Assembly: GCA_965215015.1 (NCBI GenBank)
Contig: OZ244042.1
Location: forward strand, 512,001-576,000
DNA from: Candidatus Poribacteria bacterium
GTDB taxonomy: Bacteria > Poribacteria > WGA-4E > PCPOR2b
Length of the DNA: 64,000 nt
Reading direction: 5' to 3'
Shown here piece by piece: positions 9,862 through 19,758 of this stretch; positions within the stretch are counted from its first letter, which is position 1, and every line of letters begins with the position of its first letter. The notes beneath the pieces were generated by a model. The model searched no databases, was not told the DNA's origin, and saw nothing but the letters and a program-made list of their open reading frames with translations. The translations under genes and the position numbers were made by a program.

Positions 9862-10213
9862 GCTTTCATTGATACGTGATAACGCAAGTTGCTGTTCGTT
9901 GTTCAGGTGTTTGTCTGAATCATGAAACGTAATGCGTAAGAAGTTCATTAGAGACAAGGGTACGGCATACGGAGCCCCGATAAGATCGGGGTTCAAAGTA
10001 ACATGTCTACTACTAGCAACTTGGGTTATGATAGGTAGAACATTTAGATTAAGTTCAAGTTCAAATATTTTGAGATTGCTTAGTAGTGATAGTGATAACT
10101 TCGGTCATCTTATCTTAGAGAATCACAATATTAGGTATTGTAACACAAGTTTTTACCGAAAGCGACTACTAAATGGGTCTTGAATGTGGAACAATGGGTG
10201 AAAATTGTACAAA

Positions 10214-11040
10214 TCATTGTTCAAGGCAAGTGTAACAGTACCTTGACCGTCTCATCTCTTCCAAGAAGGGATTGTCCTCGTCGTAGTAATACGCGGCCTC
10301 TTCAACGGAGATTTGGCTTTCTTTGGTGAGCCGCAGCGGCGAAGAAAACTGCTCGATAACCCCCTTTTGAGCCAACCATTCGCAAATAAGTCCGACCCAA
10401 GCCTGCCGTACTCCAAAGTGGTCACTCAACTCGATGGTGGTACGCGTGCCGCCTGCACTCGCCAAAAAATCAAAAAGCGGTTGAAAAAGGGTGAAGGTGC
10501 GATCTTCTGGATAGCGATCAATCATCTCAAGTGCATAATGAATTCGTCTCTTCATCCTTTTCCTTATCCATTAGATCCGTAAAGATCGCGTCAAAGAAAT
10601 TGGGATTATGTACTCTCGCTTGATAAATGGCTTTCCGCCTCGGCACTTCCCCGTGCATAATGGTCTCAACCCGTGCCCCCTGCTGAACCACAAACATGAT
10701 GTATAAAAAGCTATAGTTGAAATCTCTTTTCACATAAAACCACTTTTCCGCCTTTGTCAATAGCGCGAAGATATCATTCCCGGCGTTCATAAGTTGCGTT
10801 TCCCGACCTCTTTGACCAACGCGTTCAAGGTTGCTGTGCCATTCCTCAATGACTTCATCTCTTGAAAAAAGTACTCGACTTCTAAAGAGAACCGAATGCA
10901 ATTCACTTCCCTGTAATCCGCGTTCGAGAGTCTGCTTGTATTGTTTTTGTGGATGCATGGTTTCAAGAGATTTGAGGTGACTGCGGTATCTAAATTGTGT
11001 ACGTGTGATTGATGAGCAAGTGAATTTCGTTCGGCAAGGA
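10214..11040 (-). pseudogene. Frameshifted remnant, probably a nucleotidyltransferase-like (YgxA-like) gene
   Basis: Two overlapping ORFs (10527-11120, 10214-10555) read as one protein (LLTKAEKWFYVK...FFDAIFTDL / LFQPLFDFL...EWLAQKGVIE...EEAAYYY). The 5' end looks degraded. Confidence 0.5.
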
Positions 11041-11196
11041 ATCCGGCACTTGAGGGGTTGCCCGTCTGGTCTCCTGACAGTGACCGTATTGCCTTCGTGT
11101 CTAATATGGAGTTGGCTCACTCAAACACAGGGTTTAGATCTCATGGAGCTACAGCGATACGGAAAATGCCGATCCACAAGTAAGATGTTCTGAAAC

Positions 11197-12249
11197 TTAA
11201 AATTTGCCATCCCGCACCTCAAATTTGGTCGGCTTCCCCAAAGTCATCCCTCCGATTTCTACCCAATGCGCTACCCACTGCACCATCTGTTCGAGTGAAA
11301 TTCGCGGATAACCGAAAAGATGGTGACTGCGAGCGGCGTTACTCAGGAGGGCAGTATCTGCCTCTACCCCTTCAAAGACGGGTACTTTCCCAAAAATTTC
11401 ACCGAACCGTGTGGCGAGCCAGCGAATCGAAACGATTTCTGGCCCTGTGAGGTTAAGAAGCATCGGCGGACTTTGGCAGTGCATGAGGGACCGCAGTACG
11501 ACTGCGTTTGCGTCTCTTTGCCAGATGACGTTGGCGGCTCCCATTGTCACATCCACAGGCTTCTCACCGTAAACCTTTTCTGCGATGTCTAGCAGGATGC
11601 CATACCGCAGATCGATGGCGTAGTTCAAACGGAGGATTGCGAGGGTTGTCCCGAATTGATTTGAGGCGTGTTCAAACACCCGCTCGCGCCCAAGACAGGA
11701 CTGCGCGTATTCGCCGATCGGATCCACAGAGTGTGTCTCCGTTGCGCCGCCGTACGAAACGGGTGTCAGTGGATAGACGTTTCCCGTCGAAAAGACGGCG
11801 ATACGGGAGTTCCGATATTTTTCGGCAACCCGTCCGGGCAGATAGGTATTCATCGCCCACGTCAGAGACTCATTTCCTGTGGCACCAAATTTCCTACCCG
11901 CCATGAAAATCACATTGGGGACCTCCGGCAACCTCCGCAATTCGGTTTCGTTGAGCAGATCACATGCAATGGTCTCAATGCCCGCCCGATTCAGATCGGC
12001 TTGTAAGCCCGGCGATGAGAAACGAGACACGCCGATCACTCTTTTGCCTGAACCTGATTTGTCAATAGCACGTTTTGCTAGTTTTGCTAACGTCGGTCCC
12101 ATCTTCCCACCCACACCCAGTACAAGCAAATCGCCCGTCATTTCCCTCATCGCTTCAACAACCTCTGGCGTAGGTCTGGACATCACTTCTTCAAGCTGCT
12201 CTGAACCCTCAATGTATTGGGGCTGTGATACTGCTTCTATTGTATTCAT
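11197..12249 (-). CDS. NAD-dependent epimerase/dehydratase family protein
   Basis: LGVGGKMG Rossmann motif, MAGRKFG, STGNVY, YAQSCLGRE. Confidence 0.88.
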   Translation of the reverse strand: MNTIEAVSQPQYIEGSEQLEEVMSRPTPEVVEAMREMTGDLLVLGVGGKMGPTLAKLAKRAIDKSGSGKRVIGVSRFSSPGLQADLNRAGIETIACDLLNETELRRLPEVPNVIFMAGRKFGATGNESLTWAMNTYLPGRVAEKYRNSRIAVFSTGNVYPLTPVSYGGATETHSVDPIGEYAQSCLGRERVFEHASNQFGTTLAILRLNYAIDLRYGILLDIAEKVYGEKPVDVTMGAANVIWQRDANAVVLRSLMHCQSPPMLLNLTGPEIVSIRWLATRFGEIFGKVPVFEGVEADTALLSNAARSHHLFGYPRISLEQMVQWVAHWVEIGGMTLGKPTKFEVRDGKF

Positions 12250-12253
12250 CTGC

Positions 12254-13144
12254 TTACTTCCGGCGTGAAAGGTAAGACGCCAGCGCATAATCAAACGGCG
12301 TTGCCGTGTCGATCTGTACGTAGTCAATTAAACTGGCACCACACCCCCGGCGGTAGGCTTGAATGAACTGATTCAATTGTTCCAGATAACCGGCTTTGAG
12401 TGCCTCTGCCTGTGTTGAGAGGGTGCCATCTGTCTCCATATCGCGAAAAACAACCGGGCCTTCAAACGGAAATGTCATCTCGGCTTTGTCGAGCAGATGG
12501 AACACAATGACTTCGTGCTTGCGGTGGCGAAAATGTTTAAGGGCTGAGAGGACCTCTGACGGCTGATCAAGCAGGTCGGAAATTACAATGACCAATCCAC
12601 GACGAATAATCCGTTTGGCAAGTTCATTAAAAGTAGCACTGATGCTTGTTTCTTCGCCCGGCTGAATGGTTTCCAAGGTGGACATGATGGCGTGCAAGTG
12701 GGTTGCAGCACCACGTGGCGGGATGTATTGCCTGATATGCGTGTCAAAGACCGCCAAACCTGCGGAGTCCCGCTGCTTGAGCATCAGATACGTCAGCGAT
12801 GCAGCAAGATAACAAGCGTATTCAAACTTGGTGATGCCATTGTCATTATATTTATAGCTCATCGATCCGCTGGCATCGAGCAGAATATAGGCGCGGAGGT
12901 TGGTCTCCTCCTCGAACTTTTTGATGTAGTAACGATCGGATTTACCGTAAACCTTCCAATCAATATAACGGATGGCGTCGCCGGGCATGTATTGCCGGTG
13001 CTCCGCGAATTCCACGCTGAACCCCTGATACGGGCTCTTGTGCCGTCCCGTGATAAAACCTTCCACAACCAGACGAGCGACCAGTTCCATGCCGCCGAGC
13101 CGGGAAAGGGCTGTGGGATCTAAGTATCTGTGAGATGTTCTCAT
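12254..13144 (-). CDS. DUF58 domain protein (MoxR-associated)
   Basis: GRHKSPYQGFSVEFAEHRQYMPGD..YIDWKVYGK, FEEETN, LDASGSM. Confidence 0.92.
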   Translation of the reverse strand: MRTSHRYLDPTALSRLGGMELVARLVVEGFITGRHKSPYQGFSVEFAEHRQYMPGDAIRYIDWKVYGKSDRYYIKKFEEETNLRAYILLDASGSMSYKYNDNGITKFEYACYLAASLTYLMLKQRDSAGLAVFDTHIRQYIPPRGAATHLHAIMSTLETIQPGEETSISATFNELAKRIIRRGLVIVISDLLDQPSEVLSALKHFRHRKHEVIVFHLLDKAEMTFPFEGPVVFRDMETDGTLSTQAEALKAGYLEQLNQFIQAYRRGCGASLIDYVQIDTATPFDYALASYLSRRK

Positions 13145-13178
13145 GGTTTCTCCGTTCTTTTGAGGACAAGCTTTGAGG

Positions 13179-14009
13179 TCAAGATGATTTTACATTGAAC
13201 ACTCTTGCCTCCGGGTGAGGTACAATAATCGCAGCGACTGAGCCCTCCGGCGTCAGTTGAAATTCCTCTGATAGCTCAACACCAATCCGCCACGGCTCAA
13301 GCAGTTGCCATAGCTTGGCGAGTGCTGCTAAGTCTGGACAAGCAGCATCCCCGAACCGAAAACGTGCACCCTGATAGCTCCCGTGAAACAGATCGAGGAC
13401 GTACGGACTATCTTCCGCAGCGATGTCAAGTTCGAGGCGGATCTGTCTGTGGGCATACTCTTCTAACGCTTCAGTCGTTTCGATAGCCATCCCGCGTAGA
13501 TGCAGGAATCTCCCTTCATTGCCTTCCGCCATCGCCTGTTGCATAACCTCCGTAATGGTGGGACCAACGGTGACAAGCTGAAACCCCACGACATCCATCT
13601 GAATAGAATCAACGCCGGCAAAGTAATCGGTGATGCAGCGTCGCTCTTCAGTGTGCGTCTGACGGGGGAAGGTGAAACGGACCCATTCGGTTTGGGCATC
13701 GGCGTGGTAGATGATGAGTTCGTCGCCATCTGACTGAGCATAAAAATAACCATACACTACCAATGGACGTAACCAGCCGTTATCCATGCAGAGCTGCTTA
13801 TAATGTTGATATATTGGCACAATTTCCCGCTCGATAAAGCGGTCATATTCGTGCTGCGACATACCTTGCTGACGGCGATACCCCCACTGAACGCGGAACA
13901 GTACCACAGGGTTGATATAGTTGTAGACTTGTTCCAACGAGATGTCCGTGACGACCTTTGCGCCGTAGAATGGCGGCGTCGGAATGTGGGAGTGAGACGC
14001 AAACTGCAA
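13179..14009 (-). CDS. Stand-alone B12-dependent methionine synthase reactivation (AdoMet-binding) domain
   Basis: IPTPPFYG, LFRVQWG, RFTFPRQ, QLVTVG, YQGARFRFG..ACPDL, IGVELSEEFQLTPEGS..AIIVPHPEA match the MetH C-terminus. Confidence 0.85.
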   Translation of the reverse strand: MQFASHSHIPTPPFYGAKVVTDISLEQVYNYINPVVLFRVQWGYRRQQGMSQHEYDRFIEREIVPIYQHYKQLCMDNGWLRPLVVYGYFYAQSDGDELIIYHADAQTEWVRFTFPRQTHTEERRCITDYFAGVDSIQMDVVGFQLVTVGPTITEVMQQAMAEGNEGRFLHLRGMAIETTEALEEYAHRQIRLELDIAAEDSPYVLDLFHGSYQGARFRFGDAACPDLAALAKLWQLLEPWRIGVELSEEFQLTPEGSVAAIIVPHPEARVFNVKSS

Positions 14010-14052
14010 GGTATGAACCCTTCCTTATCTTGTAGGGATTGAGACCCGTTTT

Positions 14053-15423
14053 CTATTCCACTCGCCCGGAAGCCAATTCATACTTTCCCTGAATCCCCTT
14101 GACAGCTGCTGCACTCCCGTGCCGCCAGAAGTAATTCCCGAACTGTGATGCCAAACGGAGAGCCTCATTCGGATGCTGATCAATGAGATTGTTCCGCTCG
14201 CGCGGGTCTTCAAGCAGGTTGTAGAGCTCATCGGGCTCACCTTCAGGACGCTGGATATAGCTCCATGTCGCATCCCGAATGCACCGATCTGCCCCTTCAT
14301 GGTATCCCGTAATAACAGTATCACGATGCGAATCGCTGTTCCCTTTGAGGACACTGAGGAAACTGTCCCCATGCATCGACGATATGTTATTCCCAAATCC
14401 GAGTGTCTCAAGCACTGTCGGAAGGAAATCTTGAAATTGTATAATCGCACCGGTTCGGCGTGCACCTTCGCCCTTCGGCAAACGTACCATAAAGGGAATC
14501 TTGAGAAGTTCATTGTACATCCGGTCTGCGCCCTTGAGAAACTTCCCGTGATCACCGAGGGGATGTCCGTGGTCTGCAAGCAGGAAGATTAACGAATCGT
14601 CATAATATCCAAGCTGTTTCAGCCGGTCAAAGAGTCTGCCAAGACAACTATCCACAAAAGCCGCCTCGCCAGCGTAAAGCCCCTGGATGTGCTTAATCTC
14701 AGCATCGTTCGCCCAATCACTTGCCATGCCGCCCATCGGCATAACAATACGGGGTCCACTATAATCCGAATCAGTATAGGTGTCCCACGGATCCGGCGGA
14801 TCCCACGGTTCGTGGGGGTCGAAGGAATCGATCCAGAGGAAGATTGCCTCATGTGGACGGTTCCCCTCAAGCCATTCAACCGCTTCATCCACTACCTGAT
14901 GGGCGAACCAATCTTCGGCACCTGCGAATTGGTCGGTGTTTGCCAGAAATTGACTGATTCGATTGCGCCACTGTTCGGGGAAATTCTCGTTGAGATAGTC
15001 GTTGAGGTTCCGTTTCAGAGGGGCAGACACATACGGGTCGTACTCCTGCCCACGAATCCAGCGGTAGGAATGGAAGTCGCGGTGGAAGTTCATTCTCGGT
15101 GCACGGTAGTGATAGGTATCTGAAATGAGCCCAGAAACATATCCCTCTTGGCTCAAGATCTGTGCGATTGCCACATCTTCCGGGGTCAACGGCTGCCAAG
15201 GACGATACGGAAGTGTCCGCTGTCCCGTCATCAATTGGGTGCGAATTGGGATTGTGGGTAAGGCTTCCGGGTAGGCATTCTCGAAAACAATGCACTCTTC
15301 CGCGAACCGATCGATATTGGGGGTTTGACACGGCGCGATGCCTTCAAACGCGGGGGTGCCTTTGTGATAAATGCTGACGTGATCTTGACGGAAACTATCC
15401 AATACAATAACAATAAGATTCAC
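14053..15423 (-). CDS. Sulfatase-like alkaline phosphatase superfamily protein with TxPxR motif
   Basis: IVLDSFRQD, PTIPIRTQLMTG, FDPHEPWDPP, ADHGH, DELYNLLEDPRE. GTG 15423 follows GGAGGT. Confidence 0.85.
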   Translation of the reverse strand: MNLIVIVLDSFRQDHVSIYHKGTPAFEGIAPCQTPNIDRFAEECIVFENAYPEALPTIPIRTQLMTGQRTLPYRPWQPLTPEDVAIAQILSQEGYVSGLISDTYHYRAPRMNFHRDFHSYRWIRGQEYDPYVSAPLKRNLNDYLNENFPEQWRNRISQFLANTDQFAGAEDWFAHQVVDEAVEWLEGNRPHEAIFLWIDSFDPHEPWDPPDPWDTYTDSDYSGPRIVMPMGGMASDWANDAEIKHIQGLYAGEAAFVDSCLGRLFDRLKQLGYYDDSLIFLLADHGHPLGDHGKFLKGADRMYNELLKIPFMVRLPKGEGARRTGAIIQFQDFLPTVLETLGFGNNISSMHGDSFLSVLKGNSDSHRDTVITGYHEGADRCIRDATWSYIQRPEGEPDELYNLLEDPRERNNLIDQHPNEALRLASQFGNYFWRHGSAAAVKGIQGKYELASGRVE

Positions 15424-15465
15424 TATGATGACCTCCAAGGTCCAGATCTGTACTGCTTTTTCTCG

Positions 15466-15999
15466 CTAGGTTCTGTTGACATTTGAGTGTCAAGATATGA
15501 ATTATAGATCTACAGGCCATCTGCCGGTATTGAACCGAGCAGAAGGGTCGGGCAAGATGCCCAACCTACGGGTGTAGTGTTGGGTTCCACTATATTCATC
15601 TATAAGCAGATGTTGTTGCAAAATGTAGTTTCTATTGTCGTTGATAGAACTTCCTTTTACTGTCGCGCAATGTTCCGGCAGATTGAGCCAGGATTATCGC
15701 CCCATAGTATCTAGTATTCTCTTGCGCTGTAGTCATGGTATCCTCGGCGATTCATCGCCGGTAAACATGCCTCTTAACGCCTGATGAATCGGGGGGCTAC
15801 AGTTCATCCATAGTAGCAGGCACACTCCGCCGTGCCGTCGTTGGTACAACGGGGATGGCATACGCCTTATGCCTACTACCTTAAAGACGCGCGACGAACG
15901 CGTTACAACAAACTCAAGTGCGTAACTCCTATACCGTTCAACTCAACTCCGTCCCGAGCGGCTTCGACCTATGTACTGTCAAATGTCAACACGCCCTAG
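15466..15999. mobile_element. MITE-like element, family A (inverted relative to 5628) with nested repeats
   Basis: CTAGGTTCTGTTGACATTTGAG ... CAAATGTCAACACGCCCTAG. Contains a family-B end TGCGTAACTCCTA (15919-15931) and REP-like hairpins. Confidence 0.7.
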
Positions 16000-16174
16000 A
16001 TCATTATGATTTCATTCTATCACAATCAGGTGGGAGCGACAAGCGTTTTTTCGCGATGTGCATCGCAGGAACGTAACGGATTAGGGTCGCAGGTTTTAGC
16101 AGAAACCGTAGGGGAATTGCATCTGTTATAGAAATTCGGCAAGTGACTAATCAGAAATTGGGGTTACCCCCGTC

Positions 16175-16272
16175 GTGGCACAGAGAGTAACCTCGATGCC
16201 TTCACGGTTTCCTAAACCACGGCGATCACAGGTTAGGAAGCACCGATTTCATCGAGGCACGCTCTGTGGCTA
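16175..16272. repeat. Long imperfect hairpin; core shared with the interior of the MITE at 32449
   Basis: CACAGAG..CCTCGATG..GGTTTCCTAA/TTAGGAAGCACC..CATCGAGG..CTCTGTG. Its reverse complement resembles 32546-32584. Confidence 0.55.
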
Positions 16273-16352
16273 CGAATATATTTCTATTATCGTATGCCAA
16301 AGTCATATACACTCTGGACATGCGATTGCTCTGCAGAAACCGCCTAACGCTA

Positions 16353-16381
16353 TTGACAAACCCAATCCGTCCGACTATAAT
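16353..16381 (+). promoter_or_regulatory. sigma70-type promoter
   Basis: TTGACA-N17-TATAAT upstream of the ribokinase gene. Confidence 0.75.
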
Positions 16382-16437
16382 CTACTCAGTTTCATCATTG
16401 TGCAGATATAAGTACGTCGTCGGTGGGAGAGGTAGGA

Positions 16438-17382
16438 ATGAACGGACAGAACCCGAAAGTTGTAGTTGTGGGAAGTTTTAATATGGACCTTGTGGCTAAA
16501 GCAGGACGCCGTCCACAAAAAGGTGAGACGCTCAGGGGAGAAACATTCGGCATGTTTATTGGAGGGAAAGGGAGCAATCAGGCAGTCGCTGCCGCACGCT
16601 TGGGGGCAGACGTAACGATGATTGGCAGGCTAGGAACGGATCTCTTTGGAGACACGTTAATGGCTGCCCATGCCAAGGCAGGTATCCACACGGATTATGT
16701 CATCCAAGATACGGCGGTCGGGACAGGCGTTGCGTCGATATTGATTGACGCCGATGGCGATAACAGCATCGTGCTTGTCCCGCAGGCGAATATGCGTCTG
16801 AGCGTTGCAGATATAGAACGGGCTTCAGAGTCTATCGCTGCTGCGGATGTACTCCTCCTACAATTGGAAGTACCGATTGCTGCTTCCCAACGTGCTGCAG
16901 AAATCGCGAAATCCAACGATGCAACGGTGGTGCTTAATCCCGCTCCAGCACAAGAATTGCCGGATGACTTTTTGGCGCAAGTAGATATTCTCACCCCCAA
17001 CGAAGTCGAGACCGAATCGCTGTCAGGTGTCAGAGTTTCCACGGCGATGGATGCAGAACGTGCCGCCAAAGTGCTGTTGGACAAAGGGCTTTCTGCTGTG
17101 ATTTTGACGCTCGGCGAGCGAGGCGCGCTATTACTGACACCGAATCTGATGCAACAGGTTCCAGCGTACTCAGTCGAGGTAGTGGATACAACCGCGGCAG
17201 GGGATGCCTTCTGTGGTGCACTCGCGACAGGGCTCGCACGGGGTGAAAACCTTGTTGATGCAGTTGCTTTCGCTAATGCCGCGGGTGCCTTAGCTGTTAC
17301 TGTGCTCGGTGCAGCCCCATCTATGCCAACTGCGGCGCAGGTTGAAGCGTTTTGTGAGAGGCACAATGATGCACAGTGTTGA
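16438..17382 (+). CDS. rbsK: Ribokinase
   Basis: VVGSFNMD, GGKGSNQAVAAARLG, LLQLEVP, NPAP, PNEVE, DTTAAGDAF. Confidence 0.92.
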   Translation: MNGQNPKVVVVGSFNMDLVAKAGRRPQKGETLRGETFGMFIGGKGSNQAVAAARLGADVTMIGRLGTDLFGDTLMAAHAKAGIHTDYVIQDTAVGTGVASILIDADGDNSIVLVPQANMRLSVADIERASESIAAADVLLLQLEVPIAASQRAAEIAKSNDATVVLNPAPAQELPDDFLAQVDILTPNEVETESLSGVRVSTAMDAERAAKVLLDKGLSAVILTLGERGALLLTPNLMQQVPAYSVEVVDTTAAGDAFCGALATGLARGENLVDAVAFANAAGALAVTVLGAAPSMPTAAQVEAFCERHNDAQC

Positions 17383-17428
17383 AACTCTCGAACTCTAACT
17401 TTTCTGAATAATCATTAGGAGGCATTAT

Positions 17429-19096
17429 ATGAACGGCGCACACTGGCTGGTTGAGACGCTTCAACGGCGCGGCGTGGAATACGTCTTCGCACTCTGCGGT
17501 AACGGGCTCAAACCGTTTCTCGACGCATGTATGGATTTACGGATGCCGGTGATTGACGTGAGGAACGAGCAATCCGCCGCATATATGGCAGATACATGGG
17601 GACGGATGACCAAGCGGATTGGGGTGGTTGCTGTGAGCGCGGGACCGGGACACACGAACACCCTCACCGGACTCGCCAACGCCTCCTGGGATGGCGGTCC
17701 AATGCTCCTGATTAGTGGATGTGCCACCACGGATACACGCGGTATGGGGCATTTCCAAGAGTTAGATCAGGTGGGTATGGCGGCACCAGTTTGTAAATAT
17801 GCCCGGTTTGTCGATCGTGTTGATGTTTTGGAACATGAATTTACCAATGCACTGGGGGCATCATTCGCTGGGCGTCCGGGACCGGTGCATCTGACTATAC
17901 CGGCTGATGTCTTTGGTGCACAGATGCCAGATTCAGCCATTGCTCGTTTGAAGGGGTCTTTGCCCAGTGTCCCCCATGTCAACCCGCAAGCCCCCGGTGA
18001 TTGGAATCTGATTTGTGATGTTGTTGAACAGCTGTGTGATGCCGAACGCCCTGTCATTATTGTCGGCAACGGTGCATTCTACGCTGACGCTGGTGATGTT
18101 CTTGCCCAATTTGCTAGTTTAACGCGTATACCTATTTTCTCAAATATGTGGTCGCGAGGGTGTATCGAGACGCCGTTGGAGGCGTATGTCGGTACAACCT
18201 TCGGCGGCGAGACCAACGGCGCATTTGCCAATCTCGCGGAGGTTGACCTTGCACTAGTGTTGGGTGCGGGCATTGATTATCGATTAGGATACGGTCGTCC
18301 TCCTGTCTTCTCCGAATCCGCCCGTTTTATCCGTGTTGATGTTGATCCGAATGAATTATCAAAAACAATTGAACCAGAGATTGGAATTGTCGGCGATCCA
18401 CGATCTGTCCTTGAGGGACTGAATGATGCAGGAAAAAGCTGTCAGTGGAACCATCAGGCGTGGCTGGCAAAAGTACGTCACAGCCGCGAAGCATTGCTAG
18501 CGAAGTGGGCGACACGAGGGCATGAGGACGTAACTCCACTTGCCTCCATACGAATCTGCCGGGAGATTCAACCGTTTCTGGACCAGGATGTAACCTTTCT
18601 GCTCGATGGTGGAAACATCGGACGCTGGGCACACCTGAGCCTCTGGAATCGTCACCCAGCGCACTGGTTCACTTGTGGTGCAAGCGGTATTGTCGGTTGG
18701 GGAGTGCCGGGTGCAGTCGCCGCGAAGTTAGCGCGACCGGATAAACCGGTGCTGCTTTTGAGTGGGGATGGTTCAGCTGGCTTTACGATTACGGAGATCG
18801 AAACAGCGTTGCGTTTCAATACACCTTACGTCGCCGTTGTCGCGCACGACAGCGCGTGGGGCATAGAAGCGGACTCTCGTTCGCCCGAGCGTCGCATGGG
18901 GACGGTGTTCGGCGAAATCCGCTTTGATCGCGTCGCCGAGGCACTTGGCGGGCAAGGGGTATATATTGAGCATCCCGGTCAGCTTGCACCGGCGATTGAA
19001 CGTGGACTCGCCGCGGATACGGTTACTTTTATTCATGTCCCGACGGAGCTTGGGGGGATTGGGTATCTGGATAGACAATATACAAAAAAGGAATAG
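17429..19096 (+). CDS. Thiamine pyrophosphate-dependent enzyme (ALS / 2-hydroxyacyl-CoA lyase-like)
   Basis: VRNEQSAAYMA, GPGHTN, FQELDQ, GRPGPVHL, GDGSAGF. Confidence 0.88.
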   Translation: MNGAHWLVETLQRRGVEYVFALCGNGLKPFLDACMDLRMPVIDVRNEQSAAYMADTWGRMTKRIGVVAVSAGPGHTNTLTGLANASWDGGPMLLISGCATTDTRGMGHFQELDQVGMAAPVCKYARFVDRVDVLEHEFTNALGASFAGRPGPVHLTIPADVFGAQMPDSAIARLKGSLPSVPHVNPQAPGDWNLICDVVEQLCDAERPVIIVGNGAFYADAGDVLAQFASLTRIPIFSNMWSRGCIETPLEAYVGTTFGGETNGAFANLAEVDLALVLGAGIDYRLGYGRPPVFSESARFIRVDVDPNELSKTIEPEIGIVGDPRSVLEGLNDAGKSCQWNHQAWLAKVRHSREALLAKWATRGHEDVTPLASIRICREIQPFLDQDVTFLLDGGNIGRWAHLSLWNRHPAHWFTCGASGIVGWGVPGAVAAKLARPDKPVLLLSGDGSAGFTITEIETALRFNTPYVAVVAHDSAWGIEADSRSPERRMGTVFGEIRFDRVAEALGGQGVYIEHPGQLAPAIERGLAADTVTFIHVPTELGGIGYLDRQYTKKE

Positions 19097-19280
19097 GACT
19101 TACACACAAAGCCAATCCCCCTGCCCCCTTATCAGGGAGGTAATTCGGCGATTCAGCATCAAACAACACAACTGCCGACGCTCGATGAATCGGGCAACGA
19201 CAGTCAATCCATTGGTTTGCAGTTGGGCGATTTATCGCCCGTCTGAACGCGCTACTACAAACTGAAGTGCGTAAGTCGTA
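19094..19280. mobile_element. MITE-like element, family B (TAGGACTTACGCA termini)
   Basis: TAGGACTTACACA ... TGCGTAAGTCGTA, flanked by AGGAA/AGAAA. The left TIR supplies the TAG stop of the upstream gene. Confidence 0.65.
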
Positions 19281-19352
19281 AGAAAATACGAAACATACGC
19301 AGAAATTGAGTTGTGGTCATTGAGAAGGTTAGGACTCAACTCAACATTGGGA

Positions 19353-19381
19353 TTGACACGCAGACTAAGATGGGTTAAAAT
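19353..19381 (+). promoter_or_regulatory. sigma70-type promoter for dapA
   Basis: TTGACA-N17-TAAAAT. Confidence 0.6.
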
Positions 19382-19439
19382 AAGCCCCATCTAAACGCTG
19401 AGTTGTCTGAGGATCAACCCTGAAAAACCTGAGAGGTTA

Positions 19440-19743
19440 GTGACATACTCCCCCACCTTAAAGGGTGGGGATTCTTATCCGTCCTTTAAGGTGTTGCATT
19501 GCTCTATTAACGAAGTGAGCTCCGATTCTATCGGAGACTTACGACTTCTTCTGAGAGGGTGGATGCCCCCCTATAGATATTAACCGCGGCATTGCGGTCT
19601 CTATCCAAATGTGTATCGCAACTTGGACATTGCCACATTCTATCACGAAGGTTTAGGTATCATCTAACCAGAGCCGCTATCAACACGCTTTGCCAATCTA
19701 TATCCTCGCCTTAAAAGACGGGGCTTTAGATTGGAAAATTTCG
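19440..19743 (-). mobile_element. tnpB: Non-autonomous mini IS200/IS605 element with tnpB 3' remnant
   Basis: Left end follows TTAC with an AAAGCCCCGTCTTTTAAGGCGAGG hairpin. Right end is GAATCCCCACCCTTTAAGGTGGGGGAGTATGTCAC. Internal frame 19528-19656 reads LNLRDRMWQCPSCDTHLDRDRNAAVNI (Zn ribbon + RuvC-III). Confidence 0.85.
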
Positions 19744-19758
19744 GTAAGGAGGCAAAAA

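Noticed and set aside
9862-9996. 45-aa N-terminal extension of the enolase-family ORF
   Set aside because: It begins inside the palindromic micro-element and repeat; the family-typical start is MKITEVK at 9861
16695-17366. Long antisense ORFs (this one and many others in the track)
   Set aside because: They are shadows of well-supported opposite-strand genes, with no motifs or RBS
19690-19758. N-terminal extension of DapA in the ORF track
   Set aside because: It is read-through from the mini-IS left end; the true start is ATG 19759 after TAAGGAGG
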